DNA of 64,000 nucleotides from an uncultured cyanobacterium (GCA_963719515.1 CAVRCJ010000010.1:512001-576000); one strand, 5' to 3'. Shown: positions 39,564 through 50,007, counted from the first letter of the stretch. Numbers and translations are program-made. Notes: generated by a model not told the origin, from the sequence alone.

Positions 39564-42500
39564 CTAGAGCACGATTGAACCATCTGCTTGAGGGTTTGAC
39601 AGCAGCTTCTCTACCGCCTCAGCAGACAAGGCCGTAGAGAAAAGATGGCCCTGTCCGAAGTGGCAGCCTAGACGGTACAGCAGTTCAAGCTGGGCGGATG
39701 TTTCGATGCCCTCTGCTGTGGTTTTGAGATTGAGCTGATGTCCCAGCGACACAATGGTCTGCACAATCATCTGGCTTTTGACCTGAGTTGACATCTGATG
39801 GATGAACGACTGATCGACTTTGAGCATGTTGACGGGGAGCCAGCAGAGATAGCTCAAGGAGGAATAGCCGGTGCCAAAGTCATCAATGCTGATCTGAATA
39901 CCCCTGTCTTTGAGCGGCAGCAGCTTCTCAAAGTCGTCTAAATTCAGCAGTACGCTCTCTGTAATCTCTAGGGTGAGCCACTCGCCCAGCAGGCCGGTTT
40001 CAGCCAGAACTTCGGTAACGTACTCCACAAACTGGGGGCTGCGAATATCGTGGACAGATAGATTGATGCTCATTCTCAAGCGGCTGGCGTGGGGGTACCG
40101 CTGTTGCCAGGCCACAAGCTGGCGACAGGCTATGCGAATCAGCTCAAAGTCAATATCTACAATCAGGCCGCTATTTTCCGCCGCTCCGATAAAGTCTTTG
40201 GGAAACAGCAAACCGTCAGTGGCTGTCTGCCAGCGGGCTAGCGCTTCAAAGCCGACTAGTTTCTGACTGTCCAGCGCCACAATGGGCTGATAGTGCAGCA
40301 TAAACTCCCGACCCTCTAACCCTCGACGCAGATTATTTTCCAGCGTCATTAGCGCGATCGCATGGCCGTGCATTGTGTCGTCAAAAATTTTGTACTGGGC
40401 GCGCCCTTCCGCTTTAGCTCGATAGAGCGCGATGTCGGCATCTCGAAGCAGCTCGACAGCGTTGCAATAGGTTTGTCCCATGACGATGCCGATGCTGGCG
40501 GTAAGTCCGATGTGGTGTGATTGGATCGACAGCGGTAGCGCAAACTCAACGGCGATACGCTCGGCGATACAAACGGCATCGCGAACGGCGTCAACGGCAT
40601 CGATTAAAATGACGAACTCATCTCCCCCAAACCGAGCCACAAGGTCTTGAGTTCTGACGATAACCTGAAGCTTTCTCGCCACCGAGAATAGAACAAGGTC
40701 GCCGATGATGTGGCCAAAGCTGTCGTTGATCAGCTTGAACTGGTCTAGGTCAACAAACAGGACAGCAAACTGGTAGGTGTCATCTTGCTCAGCCCGCTGA
40801 AGCGCTGTTCTGATGCGCTCTACAAAGAAATGACGGTTGGGCAAGTCAGTCGGCTCATCGTGAAGCGCGCTGTCAATTAGATGCTGCTCCGCCCGTTTGC
40901 GATCGCTGACGTCCTGAAAGGCGGTGATGGAGTAGATAATCCGGCCACCCTCGTCAAAGATTGGCGTTGCCCAAACTTCTAGCGGAATCTGCTCTCCCCG
41001 TCGCTGCAGCTCAAGGTTATCTAGATGAACAACCTCTCCCTGCAGCGCCCGCAGACCTGGTAGGTCTGCCTCCTCATAGGGCTGTTGACTATCGGCGTAG
41101 CGAATCTGGAATAGGTCAGACAGCTGTTCTGGCCAGACTTCAGTCGAGTTGAGTCCGAGGATCTGCTTACTAACCCGGTTTAGGTAAGTTGGCTCGCCTG
41201 CGACATTAATTACAATCACGCCTACCGGCAGCGCTTCCATAAACTTGTATAGGCGATTCTCGCTTTTGAACAGAGCCGCGTTGACGGCCTGCAGCTGCTG
41301 AAACGCCGCTTGAAGCTGAATCGCCATTTGGTTGAACGAACCCGCTAGCTCGCTCACCTCGCGGATTGGCCCCACTGCGATAGTCTGTCGTAACTGCCCG
41401 CGCGCGATCGCTTTCGCCGCCCGGTTGAGAACCAACAGCGGTTGGGCGATGTAGCGGGAGGTGATCGCGCCCAAACCCGTGGCGATCGCCAGCGCGACGA
41501 CACAGAGCGCAGCCGTCGTTCGGGTGCTGGCGTGAAGCTGGGCCGTGAAGTCAGTCTCAGGCACAACAACAACAGTGAGCCAATCTAGCCCGGAGCCATC
41601 TTGAAACGGCGCTACGCGAACAAATTCTCGCTCCCCGTCGTGGTTAATGACGATCTGCGTTGGAGAAGCAAAGGCCTCCAGGCCACCGAAGCGATCGCGC
41701 AAATAGCTCGCCGTAAATCGAACCAAGATGTTGTCGCTTTCAAAAGCTAAAAGTCTTTGAGACCCTCCGGTAGTGGGCCTATAGGGCTTTTCCTCTAGGG
41801 AACTCGCGATGAGATATCCCGTGCGCTCAATAATAAACGTTTCGCCCGTTTGCCCCACGTCTAGCTCCCCTAGAAACTCACTGGCAAGGGAGAGGTCATA
41901 CCCCACGCCAATTACGCCCACCAATTCGCCATCGGGGGCTCGGAGCAGCTCGTTGACCGATAGGGCTAGACCTTCTGAGGCAAAGTAAGGGTGGGCGTCT
42001 GACCAATAGGCCCCGTCAGCAGCCTTGGTGTCGGCGTACCAGGGGCGTTGTCGAACGTCGTAATTTGGCTCTGTATTGAGGCGATTGAGACGGTTGCCCT
42101 GAGCATCTAAGAGATAATCCTGTAGCGCTCCTCCTGTGTCTTGGGTTGCAAGCTGAAGCTGAAATTGTCCGTCTACCCGTCGGTTGACTCCAACGAACTC
42201 CCCAGCCTCGTTGCCAAAGCCAATGAATGTAACATCCTCGTACAGCATGAGCTGCTGCATAAAGTACTGCTGGGTGGTGTCAATATCCGTGAGGTCGAGT
42301 AGACCGAGCTGAGCCGCGCGGATATTGACTTTGTTGAGTCGCTTCGGCTGTGCGGCGTAGGTCTGAAGCTGATCGAGAATGCGATCGCTCGTTTCTTCCA
42401 CCAGCTGCTCTGCAACGACTCGGACAGCGGCCTGACTATTGTGCCAGTAGAGCCAACCTGTAACCCCGACGGCCGCAAAAATTTGTAGTAGAAATGGCAC

Positions 42501-42572
42501 AACGATCAGCAGCCGCAGCGGTGGCTGAACCAGCCAAGATTTTATTTCTCCAAAGGCTCGATTTGGCGTCAT
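39564..42572 (-). CDS. Cache-HAMP-PAS-GGDEF-EAL c-di-GMP cyclase/phosphodiesterase
   Basis: DVRQRPWY Cache domain, ARFGGDEF, FEALARW, LEITES, DDFGTGYSSL. Confidence 0.93.
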   Translation of the reverse strand: MTPNRAFGEIKSWLVQPPLRLLIVVPFLLQIFAAVGVTGWLYWHNSQAAVRVVAEQLVEETSDRILDQLQTYAAQPKRLNKVNIRAAQLGLLDLTDIDTTQQYFMQQLMLYEDVTFIGFGNEAGEFVGVNRRVDGQFQLQLATQDTGGALQDYLLDAQGNRLNRLNTEPNYDVRQRPWYADTKAADGAYWSDAHPYFASEGLALSVNELLRAPDGELVGVIGVGYDLSLASEFLGELDVGQTGETFIIERTGYLIASSLEEKPYRPTTGGSQRLLAFESDNILVRFTASYLRDRFGGLEAFASPTQIVINHDGEREFVRVAPFQDGSGLDWLTVVVVPETDFTAQLHASTRTTAALCVVALAIATGLGAITSRYIAQPLLVLNRAAKAIARGQLRQTIAVGPIREVSELAGSFNQMAIQLQAAFQQLQAVNAALFKSENRLYKFMEALPVGVIVINVAGEPTYLNRVSKQILGLNSTEVWPEQLSDLFQIRYADSQQPYEEADLPGLRALQGEVVHLDNLELQRRGEQIPLEVWATPIFDEGGRIIYSITAFQDVSDRKRAEQHLIDSALHDEPTDLPNRHFFVERIRTALQRAEQDDTYQFAVLFVDLDQFKLINDSFGHIIGDLVLFSVARKLQVIVRTQDLVARFGGDEFVILIDAVDAVRDAVCIAERIAVEFALPLSIQSHHIGLTASIGIVMGQTYCNAVELLRDADIALYRAKAEGRAQYKIFDDTMHGHAIALMTLENNLRRGLEGREFMLHYQPIVALDSQKLVGFEALARWQTATDGLLFPKDFIGAAENSGLIVDIDFELIRIACRQLVAWQQRYPHASRLRMSINLSVHDIRSPQFVEYVTEVLAETGLLGEWLTLEITESVLLNLDDFEKLLPLKDRGIQISIDDFGTGYSSLSYLCWLPVNMLKVDQSFIHQMSTQVKSQMIVQTIVSLGHQLNLKTTAEGIETSAQLELLYRLGCHFGQGHLFSTALSAEAVEKLLSNPQADGSIVL

Positions 42573-42664
42573 CGTTGTTGCTCATGCAGCAGGCCGAAAA
42601 TCGCCTATGCGTTTACGCAATGCTAGCTTAGTTTACCGGTTATTTAGCCGCAAACCTCCCCAGC

Positions 42665-44431
42665 CTAAACCGATGCCGGCACCAGCCGCCAGCTGCAGTC
42701 TTCCGCCAGGGCCAAAATCTCGTCGTGATACTGAGTCAGTGAGGTGTTGTGTCCGACACTCAAAATAGTGACCCCACTGCTGCGTAAATCTCGGTATAGA
42801 CGGGCCTCATTCTCAGCGTCTAGAGCGCTAGTTGCTTCATCCAAGATGGCGTACTTAGGTTGATTGGTGAGGATACGAGCAAAGGATACCCGCTGCTGTT
42901 CCCCTTGAGATAGTACCTCTGACCATAACTCCTCCGCATCGAACCCGCCGAAGCGCTGGGCCAAATCCGGCAGGTTGACCTCTGCCAAGATTTTAGAAAG
43001 CGCTGCCTCAGATAGCTCAGTGTGGTGGGGATAGCACAGCTGGTCCCGCAGAGTGCCAGGAACCATGTAGGGCCGCTGGGGCAAAAACAGCACCTGATCA
43101 GAAGGCGGGTGGAGGATGATGCCTTCTCCCGAAGACCACAGACCCGCGATCGCTCGCAATAAGGAGCTTTTGCCGCAGCCGCTAGGTCCGGTAATCAGCA
43201 CGCTGGTGCCGGGGGCCAGCGACAAAGATAGATCCTTCACTAAGGTCTGCTGGTAATTGGGGGTCTGGAGGGTAAGGGAGTCTAGAGCAATGCGATCGCT
43301 TTGCTGGCGGGTAATAGTCGGCGGCGGGGTAGGTTCGGCGGCGGGCGGTTCGGCGGTGCTGGCCTCAGCCTCTTCTACAGGTCCAGCTGCCGCTGCGTCA
43401 CTCGCCGGCGCTAGCTGGGCGGCGGGCTGCGAGATGAAATCTTCAAAGCTGTGGAGGCGATCAATCCCGGCCCCGAAGTTAGTTAAGTCCTGGAACTGAT
43501 TGACCACCACGTTGAGGGAAAAGAATACCCGAATGAATGCCCCCTGGGCTTCGGTAACTTTGCCAATTTCTAGCTCTCCAGCAAAAATAGCTGGAGCGAC
43601 CACGAGGGCTGGAATCACAAAGGGCACGAACTCGTAGATGTTGGTGAGTCCATTTAGCCCTAATTCCCAGCGAATGAGACGTCTGAAGTTCTCGAACACC
43701 TCTGAGAAGCGATCGCGAGTGAAGCGCGACTCTTGCTCCTCTCCTTTATAAAAAGCGATCGCCTCGGCATTTTCGCGAATGCGGATCAGGCTAAAGCGGA
43801 AGTCTGCCTCTTTTTTAAGCTGCTGAAAGTTAAGCCGCACCATTGGCTGACCGAATACCAGGGCCGTGATTCCGGTGCCTAGCAGGGCGTAAAGGAGCAA
43901 AAACAGCACCAGCGGTTTTGAAATGCTGAACAGCACCACGCCAAAGGCAATTGTTTCTAGAAATGAGTCTAGGAAGATCAGCGTAAACTTGAGGGAGTCG
44001 AGGGTGAAGCGGCGGATATCTTCAGCGATCCGCTGGTCGGGGTTATCAATGTCGGTGGCAGAGGTGTTGAGGGCGTAGTAGGCGCGATCGCTGAGGTATT
44101 CTTCCAAAAACCGCTCCGTCAGCCAGCGCCGCCACTGCAAACCAAAGCGATCGCGTACGTAGACGTAGGCCGCTAGCACCGGAGCGTAAGCTACTAGCAC
44201 TACGACAAAGACAATTACCGTCTGCCAAAACTGGGTTTCGTCCCGGTTCGACAGCGTCGTAATCAGCGCCCCTCGCTTGTTGTTGAGCAGCACGCTCAGG
44301 CCAGTGTACGACAGCAGCAGCAACAGCAGCAGTACCAGTGATCCCCGCGCGGTCCATTTCTCCTCGCTCCACCAATAGGGTCTGGCGATCGCCCAAAACC
44401 GCTTAAACAAGGTCAAATCGAGTCGTGCCAT
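42665..44431 (-). CDS. ABC transporter fused permease/ATPase (ABCD/YddA-like)
   Basis: DNPDQRI, EAA-like RENAEAIAFY, GPSGCGKS, LSQGEQQR, ILDEATSALD. Confidence 0.92.
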   Translation of the reverse strand: MARLDLTLFKRFWAIARPYWWSEEKWTARGSLVLLLLLLLSYTGLSVLLNNKRGALITTLSNRDETQFWQTVIVFVVVLVAYAPVLAAYVYVRDRFGLQWRRWLTERFLEEYLSDRAYYALNTSATDIDNPDQRIAEDIRRFTLDSLKFTLIFLDSFLETIAFGVVLFSISKPLVLFLLLYALLGTGITALVFGQPMVRLNFQQLKKEADFRFSLIRIRENAEAIAFYKGEEQESRFTRDRFSEVFENFRRLIRWELGLNGLTNIYEFVPFVIPALVVAPAIFAGELEIGKVTEAQGAFIRVFFSLNVVVNQFQDLTNFGAGIDRLHSFEDFISQPAAQLAPASDAAAAGPVEEAEASTAEPPAAEPTPPPTITRQQSDRIALDSLTLQTPNYQQTLVKDLSLSLAPGTSVLITGPSGCGKSSLLRAIAGLWSSGEGIILHPPSDQVLFLPQRPYMVPGTLRDQLCYPHHTELSEAALSKILAEVNLPDLAQRFGGFDAEELWSEVLSQGEQQRVSFARILTNQPKYAILDEATSALDAENEARLYRDLRSSGVTILSVGHNTSLTQYHDEILALAEDCSWRLVPASV

Positions 44432-44612
44432 GGGTGGTGCTGTCGCCCCGGAAATTGAGTTTTTGTTACAGCTCTAAACCTAACGCTGTTTAGGCGATGG
44501 GGGGAACCTGCCCTCTGGAGGAAAGCGCCAATAAATTGCTGACGAGGGGCGAAATGGGTCGCTCCTTAATCTAATAAAATGACGTTGTAGGCAGCTCCTA
44601 ATCATTCATTCC

Positions 44613-46064
44613 ATGTCCCTACTCTTGACTGATTCTGACCAATGGTACGACGAATACGACGACGCCTCTCCTAAGCAGCAATACGCCCTGGTGAGGGAAG
44701 CGATCGCCCAGCCGATTCCCGTTGAATTTGCCGAAGCGATCGATCTGGGCATGGTTTTGGTTGAAGTCTACGACCTCTTGGCCAACAATAACCAGGTAGA
44801 GGAGGTGCTAGCGTTTACAGCCACCCTCCAGCAGCACAACCCCGACATTTTCCAGGGCGAGTTTCAGTATTTCGACAAATACAGCGTGCTGTATGGTCTG
44901 TTTCACGGCCAAATCGACGCGGTTAGCAACGCCTTGGTTCGCTACAGGGCAAACCCCGTTCAAGGGATCGAGGAACTCATTGAGCTGCTTTACAGCCTCG
45001 AGTTCTACGGCGCGCTAGAACCACTGCTTGACCTGTGCGCAGCGGTGTACGAGCCGATAGCGATATCTCCTGACATCATTAGAGGTGCTGAAATCGATTT
45101 TGGCGCGATTTGGGTCAACCACCAGTTTGAACAGACCTATCGACGGATTCAGCAAGGGGAGGCTATCGACTGGAAAGCGCTCAGCAATGAATTGAGTGTG
45201 TACGGCTTTAAGAACAATACCCAGGTGCGAAACGAGCTAGAGCAGGGGTTGACTACACCGACAGCGCCTAACCCGGAGTTTCTTCATCGCTTTAAGCGCA
45301 ATCGTCAGAGCGCTCTGCGTCGGCTTTCTCTCGGCTTTAGCCGTGAAATGCTAACCCAGCAAATGTCCTTTGTCTGTAGTCAAGCCATCTGGACCTGTGT
45401 GATCGATGCGCTGGAGTGGCGAGAGCGACCTCAGGCCAAACTAAACCAGCCCAACCGATACTTTGCCATCACCGAGACAGAGCTTGATGCGTACTTAGCC
45501 AAACGGATTATGGGTCTGCTTTCCTCTCGGTACGCCGAAGGGTTTGCCCTAATTTGGGGCATTCCCCTCGTCTATGAGTTTTTGGCGTCTCAGCAAATCG
45601 TGGAGACCGACACCGCCGAAGAGGCGATCGCGGCGGCCACTGCCCTGAAGCTCTTTCTTACCAAGGCCTGCTCGTCTTTCCTGTGGCAGCTTGATTTTGT
45701 TCACCGCTGGCCGCGCCCTCAGTGCGTTTCAGAGCCAGAGTTTGCGGCAGAGGCAGAGCAGTTTAGGGCCACGATCACTCAGGCCGAACCCCTAAGCGAT
45801 GACCCTGAAGATCACGAATCTTTCACCGATATGATCGACAGGGCGGCTGAGACCCTAGCAAACAAATTAGAGGGGACGTCGATCCCAAAATTCGCTGGTG
45901 CGTCTCCCTTTGGGGATGACGACCTGCTGCCTCATACCCTGCCCACCTCAACCTGGAAACCCCCCAAGCCGCGAAAGTCTCCATTGCAGGAGGCGGGGGA
46001 GCTACGCAACTCGAAGCCGCCTAAGAAGGAGCGATCGGGCAAAAAGAAGAAAGGGTTCAGCTAA
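44613..46064 (+). CDS. Hypothetical helical protein with C-terminal KKKKGF motif
   Basis: 483-aa ORF with ATG start filling the intergenic space; no recognised domain. Confidence 0.75.
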   Translation: MSLLLTDSDQWYDEYDDASPKQQYALVREAIAQPIPVEFAEAIDLGMVLVEVYDLLANNNQVEEVLAFTATLQQHNPDIFQGEFQYFDKYSVLYGLFHGQIDAVSNALVRYRANPVQGIEELIELLYSLEFYGALEPLLDLCAAVYEPIAISPDIIRGAEIDFGAIWVNHQFEQTYRRIQQGEAIDWKALSNELSVYGFKNNTQVRNELEQGLTTPTAPNPEFLHRFKRNRQSALRRLSLGFSREMLTQQMSFVCSQAIWTCVIDALEWRERPQAKLNQPNRYFAITETELDAYLAKRIMGLLSSRYAEGFALIWGIPLVYEFLASQQIVETDTAEEAIAAATALKLFLTKACSSFLWQLDFVHRWPRPQCVSEPEFAAEAEQFRATITQAEPLSDDPEDHESFTDMIDRAAETLANKLEGTSIPKFAGASPFGDDDLLPHTLPTSTWKPPKPRKSPLQEAGELRNSKPPKKERSGKKKKGFS

Positions 46065-46118
46065 GCCGTCAGTCTGCACCCACGCTTTGGATTGACCCAC
46101 CTAGTTCATCCGAGTGGG

Positions 46119-47646
46119 TCACATCATCCGGTCTATGGTCCGATACTGCGCCGCCTCGGCGATGTGCTGCGCCTGAATCTGCTCATCTCCTGCCAGATCC
46201 GCCAGGGTGCGGGCTACCTTCAGCACCCGGTCCGTGGCCCGCGCCGACAGCCCCAGCTTGCGAATCGCCCCCTCTAAAAGCTGGCGGCTAGTCTCGCTGA
46301 GGGGGCACCACTGGCGCAGGTGGCGGCTCTGCATCTCCGCGTTGGAGCACAGGGGTTCATCCTTAAAGCGCTCCTGGATTCTGCTGCGGGCCATCTGGAC
46401 GCGATCGCGCACCGCCTTTGAGGTTTCGCCGGTTTGCTGCTGGGTAATTTCCTCCGGCTTCAGCCGACTGACTACCACCTGCAGGTCGATGCGGTCCATC
46501 AGCGGCCCGGAGAGCTTGGCCCAGTATTGGTCTCGCTGGCGGGGGGTGCAGGTGCAGGGCTGCACGGTGTCGCCGTAGTAGCCACAGGGGCAGGGGTTGG
46601 TGCTGGCTACCAGCATAAACTGGGCCGGGAAGGAGACGGACTGACGGGTGCGGGAAATGGTGACGACCCCATCTTCGAGGGGCTGGCGCAGGAACTCCAG
46701 CACGTCCCGCTTGAACTCCGTCAGCTCGTCTAGAAATAGTACGCCGCGGTGGGCCAAAGAGATCTCTCCCGGCTTGGGATAAGACCCACCCCCCACCAAA
46801 GACGGCCCAGAGGCGGAATGGTGGGGACTACGGAAGGGGCGATCGCTCACCAGGGCCCCTTTCTCCCGCAGCCGCCCCGCTACGGAGTGAATCTGGGTCA
46901 CCTCTAGGGCTTCTTGGAACGACAGCGGCGGCAGAGATGCTGGGCATCCGCCGCGCCAGCATGGTTTTACCGCTTCCTGGCGGACCGACGAAGATGAGGT
47001 TATGGCCGCCCGCCGCCGCAATCTCCAGCGCTCGCCGCGCCTGCATCTGGCCTTTGACGTCTTTGAGGTCTAGGCCGCCAAACTGGGGGGCGGCCAGCTC
47101 GGCTTTACCGTCGACCGTTACCGGGGTGTGGCGCTCGGGGTTGTTGAGCAGGTCGGCCACGTCGGCCAGGTGCTTGACGCCGTATACGCTTAGCCCTTCC
47201 ACCACGGCGGCTTCGCGGGCATTGTCGCAGGGGACGACGATGCCGGTGAGGCCCATCGACTGGGCGGCGGCGGCAATGGGCAGCACGCCGGTGACAGGGC
47301 GCAGGCTGCCGTCTAGGGAGACTTCGCCTAGAAACAGGTGCTGGACTAGGTCTTTGGGGTTGACCTGCTCTGAAGCGGCCATGATGCCGACGGCAATGGG
47401 CAAGTCGAAGCTGGGGCCTTCTTTGCGCAGGTCGGCGGGGCTGAGGTTGATGACGATGCGCCGCATGGGGAAGGCGTAGCCGGTATTTTTGAGGGCGGCG
47501 CGGACTCGCTCGCGGCTCTCTTGAACGGCGGCGTCGGGGAGACCAACGACGGTGATGCCCGGCAGACCGCCTGTGATGTCGACCTCTACGCCGACTTTGA
47601 TGGCGTCGATGCCGATGAGGGTGGCGCTCCAGGTTTTGGCTAGCAT
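46119..47646 (-). pseudogene. comM: YifB/ComM Mg-chelatase-like AAA+ ATPase, one +1 frameshift at ~46935
   Basis: VGLPDAAVQESRERV, GPPGSGKT in the 5' ORF; RSPHHSAS, PGEISLAHRGVLFLDE, NPCPCG in the 3' ORF; junction ATC-T-CTG has one extra base in PSILPPL. Confidence 0.9.
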
Positions 47647-47793
47647 GGGGTTCGGTGATGCACGATGTCAGGCTAGAGTGCCCAAGGCGATCGCGCTTTC
47701 TACCGGCGCTGGATGTGCGGAGCTGCAGCTATGAGAGCTGAGCGGTGGTAGTCCCCTCACCTTAGAACAATACTGTCACTCTGCTTGAGGCGC

Positions 47794-47873
47794 TCGCACA
47801 GCGAATGTGAAGCATTTATCGCACAGCGAATGTGAAGCATTTATCGCGTAGCGAATGCGGAGCATTTATCGCA
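47794..47873. repeat. 25-bp tandem repeat x3.2
   Basis: TCGCACAGCGAATGTGAAGCATTTA twice, TCGCGTAGCGAATGCGGAGCATTTA, then TCGCA. Confidence 0.9.
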
Positions 47874-47930
47874 TCTCGAACGCCCGAGGTTTACCATAAT
47901 AGAACAATCGTCTGTCCGGAGCCGATACTC

Positions 47931-48167
47931 ATGTCTCCACTCTGCGAGCAAATTCTACAAACCGTCAAAACGCTGTCAGACCAAGACCAGCAGCAGATTC
48001 TAGACTTTGTTGAGTTTCTACAAGCAAAACGTCAGCAGCCCCAAAAAACAGCACCCGAAACCGCTCTCAAATCATTCTTCGAGGTAGCCCAAGCCACGAT
48101 TGGGGCTGGAGAAGGGCCTGGAGACTTATCAACAAATCCAGACTACATGCGAAACTATGGCCAGTAA
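47931..48167 (+). CDS. DUF2281-like antitoxin
   Basis: EQILQTVKTLSDQDQQQILDFVEFL and C-terminal GPGDLSTNPDYM..YG typical of small antitoxins; ATG at 47931. Confidence 0.7.
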   Translation: MSPLCEQILQTVKTLSDQDQQQILDFVEFLQAKRQQPQKTAPETALKSFFEVAQATIGAGEGPGDLSTNPDYMRNYGQ

Positions 48168-48213
48168 TGCTCCAGCAAGTCACCGTTGACATAAGCATTC
48201 CTGTATCGCGGCT
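48167..48213 (+). pseudogene. Possible 5' stub of a PIN/VapC toxin cut off by the IS right end
   Basis: TAATG coupling with the antitoxin stop; MLQQVTVDISIPV resembles the PIN first strand (xxxVxxDT). Confidence 0.45.
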
Positions 48214-50007
48214 ATGAAGCTCTCCCACCTGGCATAGCCGAGGTGGGAGTGTCCTATGCTAATCTCGAACTATCCTGAGTCCAGAGATCACATAGACAAG
48301 CCCAGCTTCGGGGCGACCGTCCAGAACATTTGCTGGAACGGCCCTCACTGTCCTTTCGGCGAGTGAGCTGAAGGATACCTCTGGCCGCTATATTTTGGCT
48401 TCCATTAAGGTCGCAGTTATAGCGCTTGCCAGAGGAGAATTTTGCTAGCGCGTAGTTTTTTGAATCGCGCTTAACAATGCCAGAGCCATCGTAGGCGAGC
48501 TTTGAGGTATAGGCAGCAACGACATCAATCACTTTGCCACCGACCTCTCGCCACTTCATTTCGGTATAGTCGCGGATCATGGCTTTGAGCCAACCATGAA
48601 AGCGCTGGCGCAGATTAGAACGTCGCCGCCCACCCGTCGCCTTCCAGCCTTTCAGATTCTCAAAGACAATCGCTTCTGAGTTAAACTCAGCCGCTATTTG
48701 CACAATCCGCTTAGACACGATGTGGCCGATTTGCTGGTTGATGTTCCGGCATTTTCGGTAGGTATTGGCGCAAAACCCCTTGTGGAGTTTGCCGCCCTTT
48801 CCCATCGTCTTAGATGCCCGCATTGAAACGGACTTGAGCCGCTTGTCTCGACGGTCTATGTCTTTTCCAGGGTGAATAAATTCACGATGGATTACAGTAC
48901 CGTCGTGGGTAACGACTACCACGGTCGCCGTGGTATTGATGCCCAGGTCAACCGCCGTGACATTGCCATCTGGCTTCCGTTTCGCTGGCATACAGTGAAA
49001 CGGGACTGATAGATGGCAGGACTTGGCATTGAAGATCAGCGAGGGCGACAGCAGCTTGTTGCCGGAGATTTCGTGGCGGTCACGTAGCCCCGTGATTTGA
49101 ACCGTTGTCCAGACCCAGTCAGACCCCGTAAATACCTTGATCTCAACCTGCTCGTAGCCCTGCAGCTTGTAGCACTGGCCCTTGTAGAGCGTGGGGTAGC
49201 AGCCTGCCGCTGCATTGAGTAGCGTGGGGTTCGCGTCCCGACGATTGCGAGAGTGCCCGCATTGCCAATCCCGATACCGGGTCAGGTAGCTACTGACCTG
49301 ACCCGCCGCAAACATGATGGCGGCACGGCGGTAGTAGCTCGGGAATTTGTGGAACGTCGCATCAATCAGCGCGTACTTCGGATTAGGGTTTTTCGCTGTT
49401 TGATGGGTGAGCCGTTCGACAGCCGGAACCAGTTCGTCGCTAGCCAGGCTTCCCAGATCTGGCCAGTGCGTGAAGACAACCCCGACCAAATGCCTGCATA
49501 GCCGACGATAGACCTTGACCGTTTCGCCGAACAGCTCTCGCTGTTGGGTCGTTGGGTTAAGCGTCCACTTGTCGGTGCGGATAATTTTGGCGGGTTTCTT
49601 GGTCTTCATGGTTCTAGTGTACTACAGTGAAGGAAGAAAATAAACCTCGAAATCGTTGGTATATCTCAGGTAAGCTCAGATCCTTTTCTCACAGTGTCGC
49701 TTTACTTAAGGTGCATATTGTGTTCGTCACTAAATACCGTCATCCGGTTATCACTGAGGCCATAGAGGCTGATATCAGGGCGCTGGCGGAGAGTATCTGC
49801 TTGAAAGTTGACTGCCTACTGGAGGACGCCAAGGCCGATTTAGGTAGCAAAGACCACATTCATTTGTTAGTGGACATAGCCCCGAAAGTGGCGGTGTCCA
49901 GGCTGTGCAATACACTTAAAACAGTGACTAGCCGGGAAATTAGAAAGCGGTATGCTGAAGAGCTACGGCCCTACTACTGGAAGCCTGTCTTCTGGAAGCG
50001 TGGGTTC
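48214..50007. mobile_element. IS200/IS605-family element, left end lost
   Basis: Right end on minus strand: guide GACA, hairpin CTCCCACCT-N10-AGGTGGGAG, then AGCTTCAT ending at 48214; divergent tnpB/tnpA; tnpA homology stops near 50007. Confidence 0.85.
48254..49609 (-). CDS. tnpB: RNA-guided endonuclease TnpB (RuvC triad intact, no zinc finger)
   Basis: RuvC-I AVDLGIN, RuvC-II VFENLKGW, RuvC-III NCDLNGSQNI; YTSKLAYDG replaces the CxxC finger. Confidence 0.92.
   Translation of the reverse strand: MKTKKPAKIIRTDKWTLNPTTQQRELFGETVKVYRRLCRHLVGVVFTHWPDLGSLASDELVPAVERLTHQTAKNPNPKYALIDATFHKFPSYYRRAAIMFAAGQVSSYLTRYRDWQCGHSRNRRDANPTLLNAAAGCYPTLYKGQCYKLQGYEQVEIKVFTGSDWVWTTVQITGLRDRHEISGNKLLSPSLIFNAKSCHLSVPFHCMPAKRKPDGNVTAVDLGINTTATVVVVTHDGTVIHREFIHPGKDIDRRDKRLKSVSMRASKTMGKGGKLHKGFCANTYRKCRNINQQIGHIVSKRIVQIAAEFNSEAIVFENLKGWKATGGRRRSNLRQRFHGWLKAMIRDYTEMKWREVGGKVIDVVAAYTSKLAYDGSGIVKRDSKNYALAKFSSGKRYNCDLNGSQNIAARGILQLTRRKDSEGRSSKCSGRSPRSWACLCDLWTQDSSRLA

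Noticed and set aside
47794..47873. Mini CRISPR array
   Set aside because: Units are directly adjacent with no unique spacers, and there are no cas genes nearby
48254..49609. Nuclease-dead TnpB (TldR-like repressor)
   Set aside because: All three RuvC acidic residues are present and the gene is still flanked by tnpA and an IS right end
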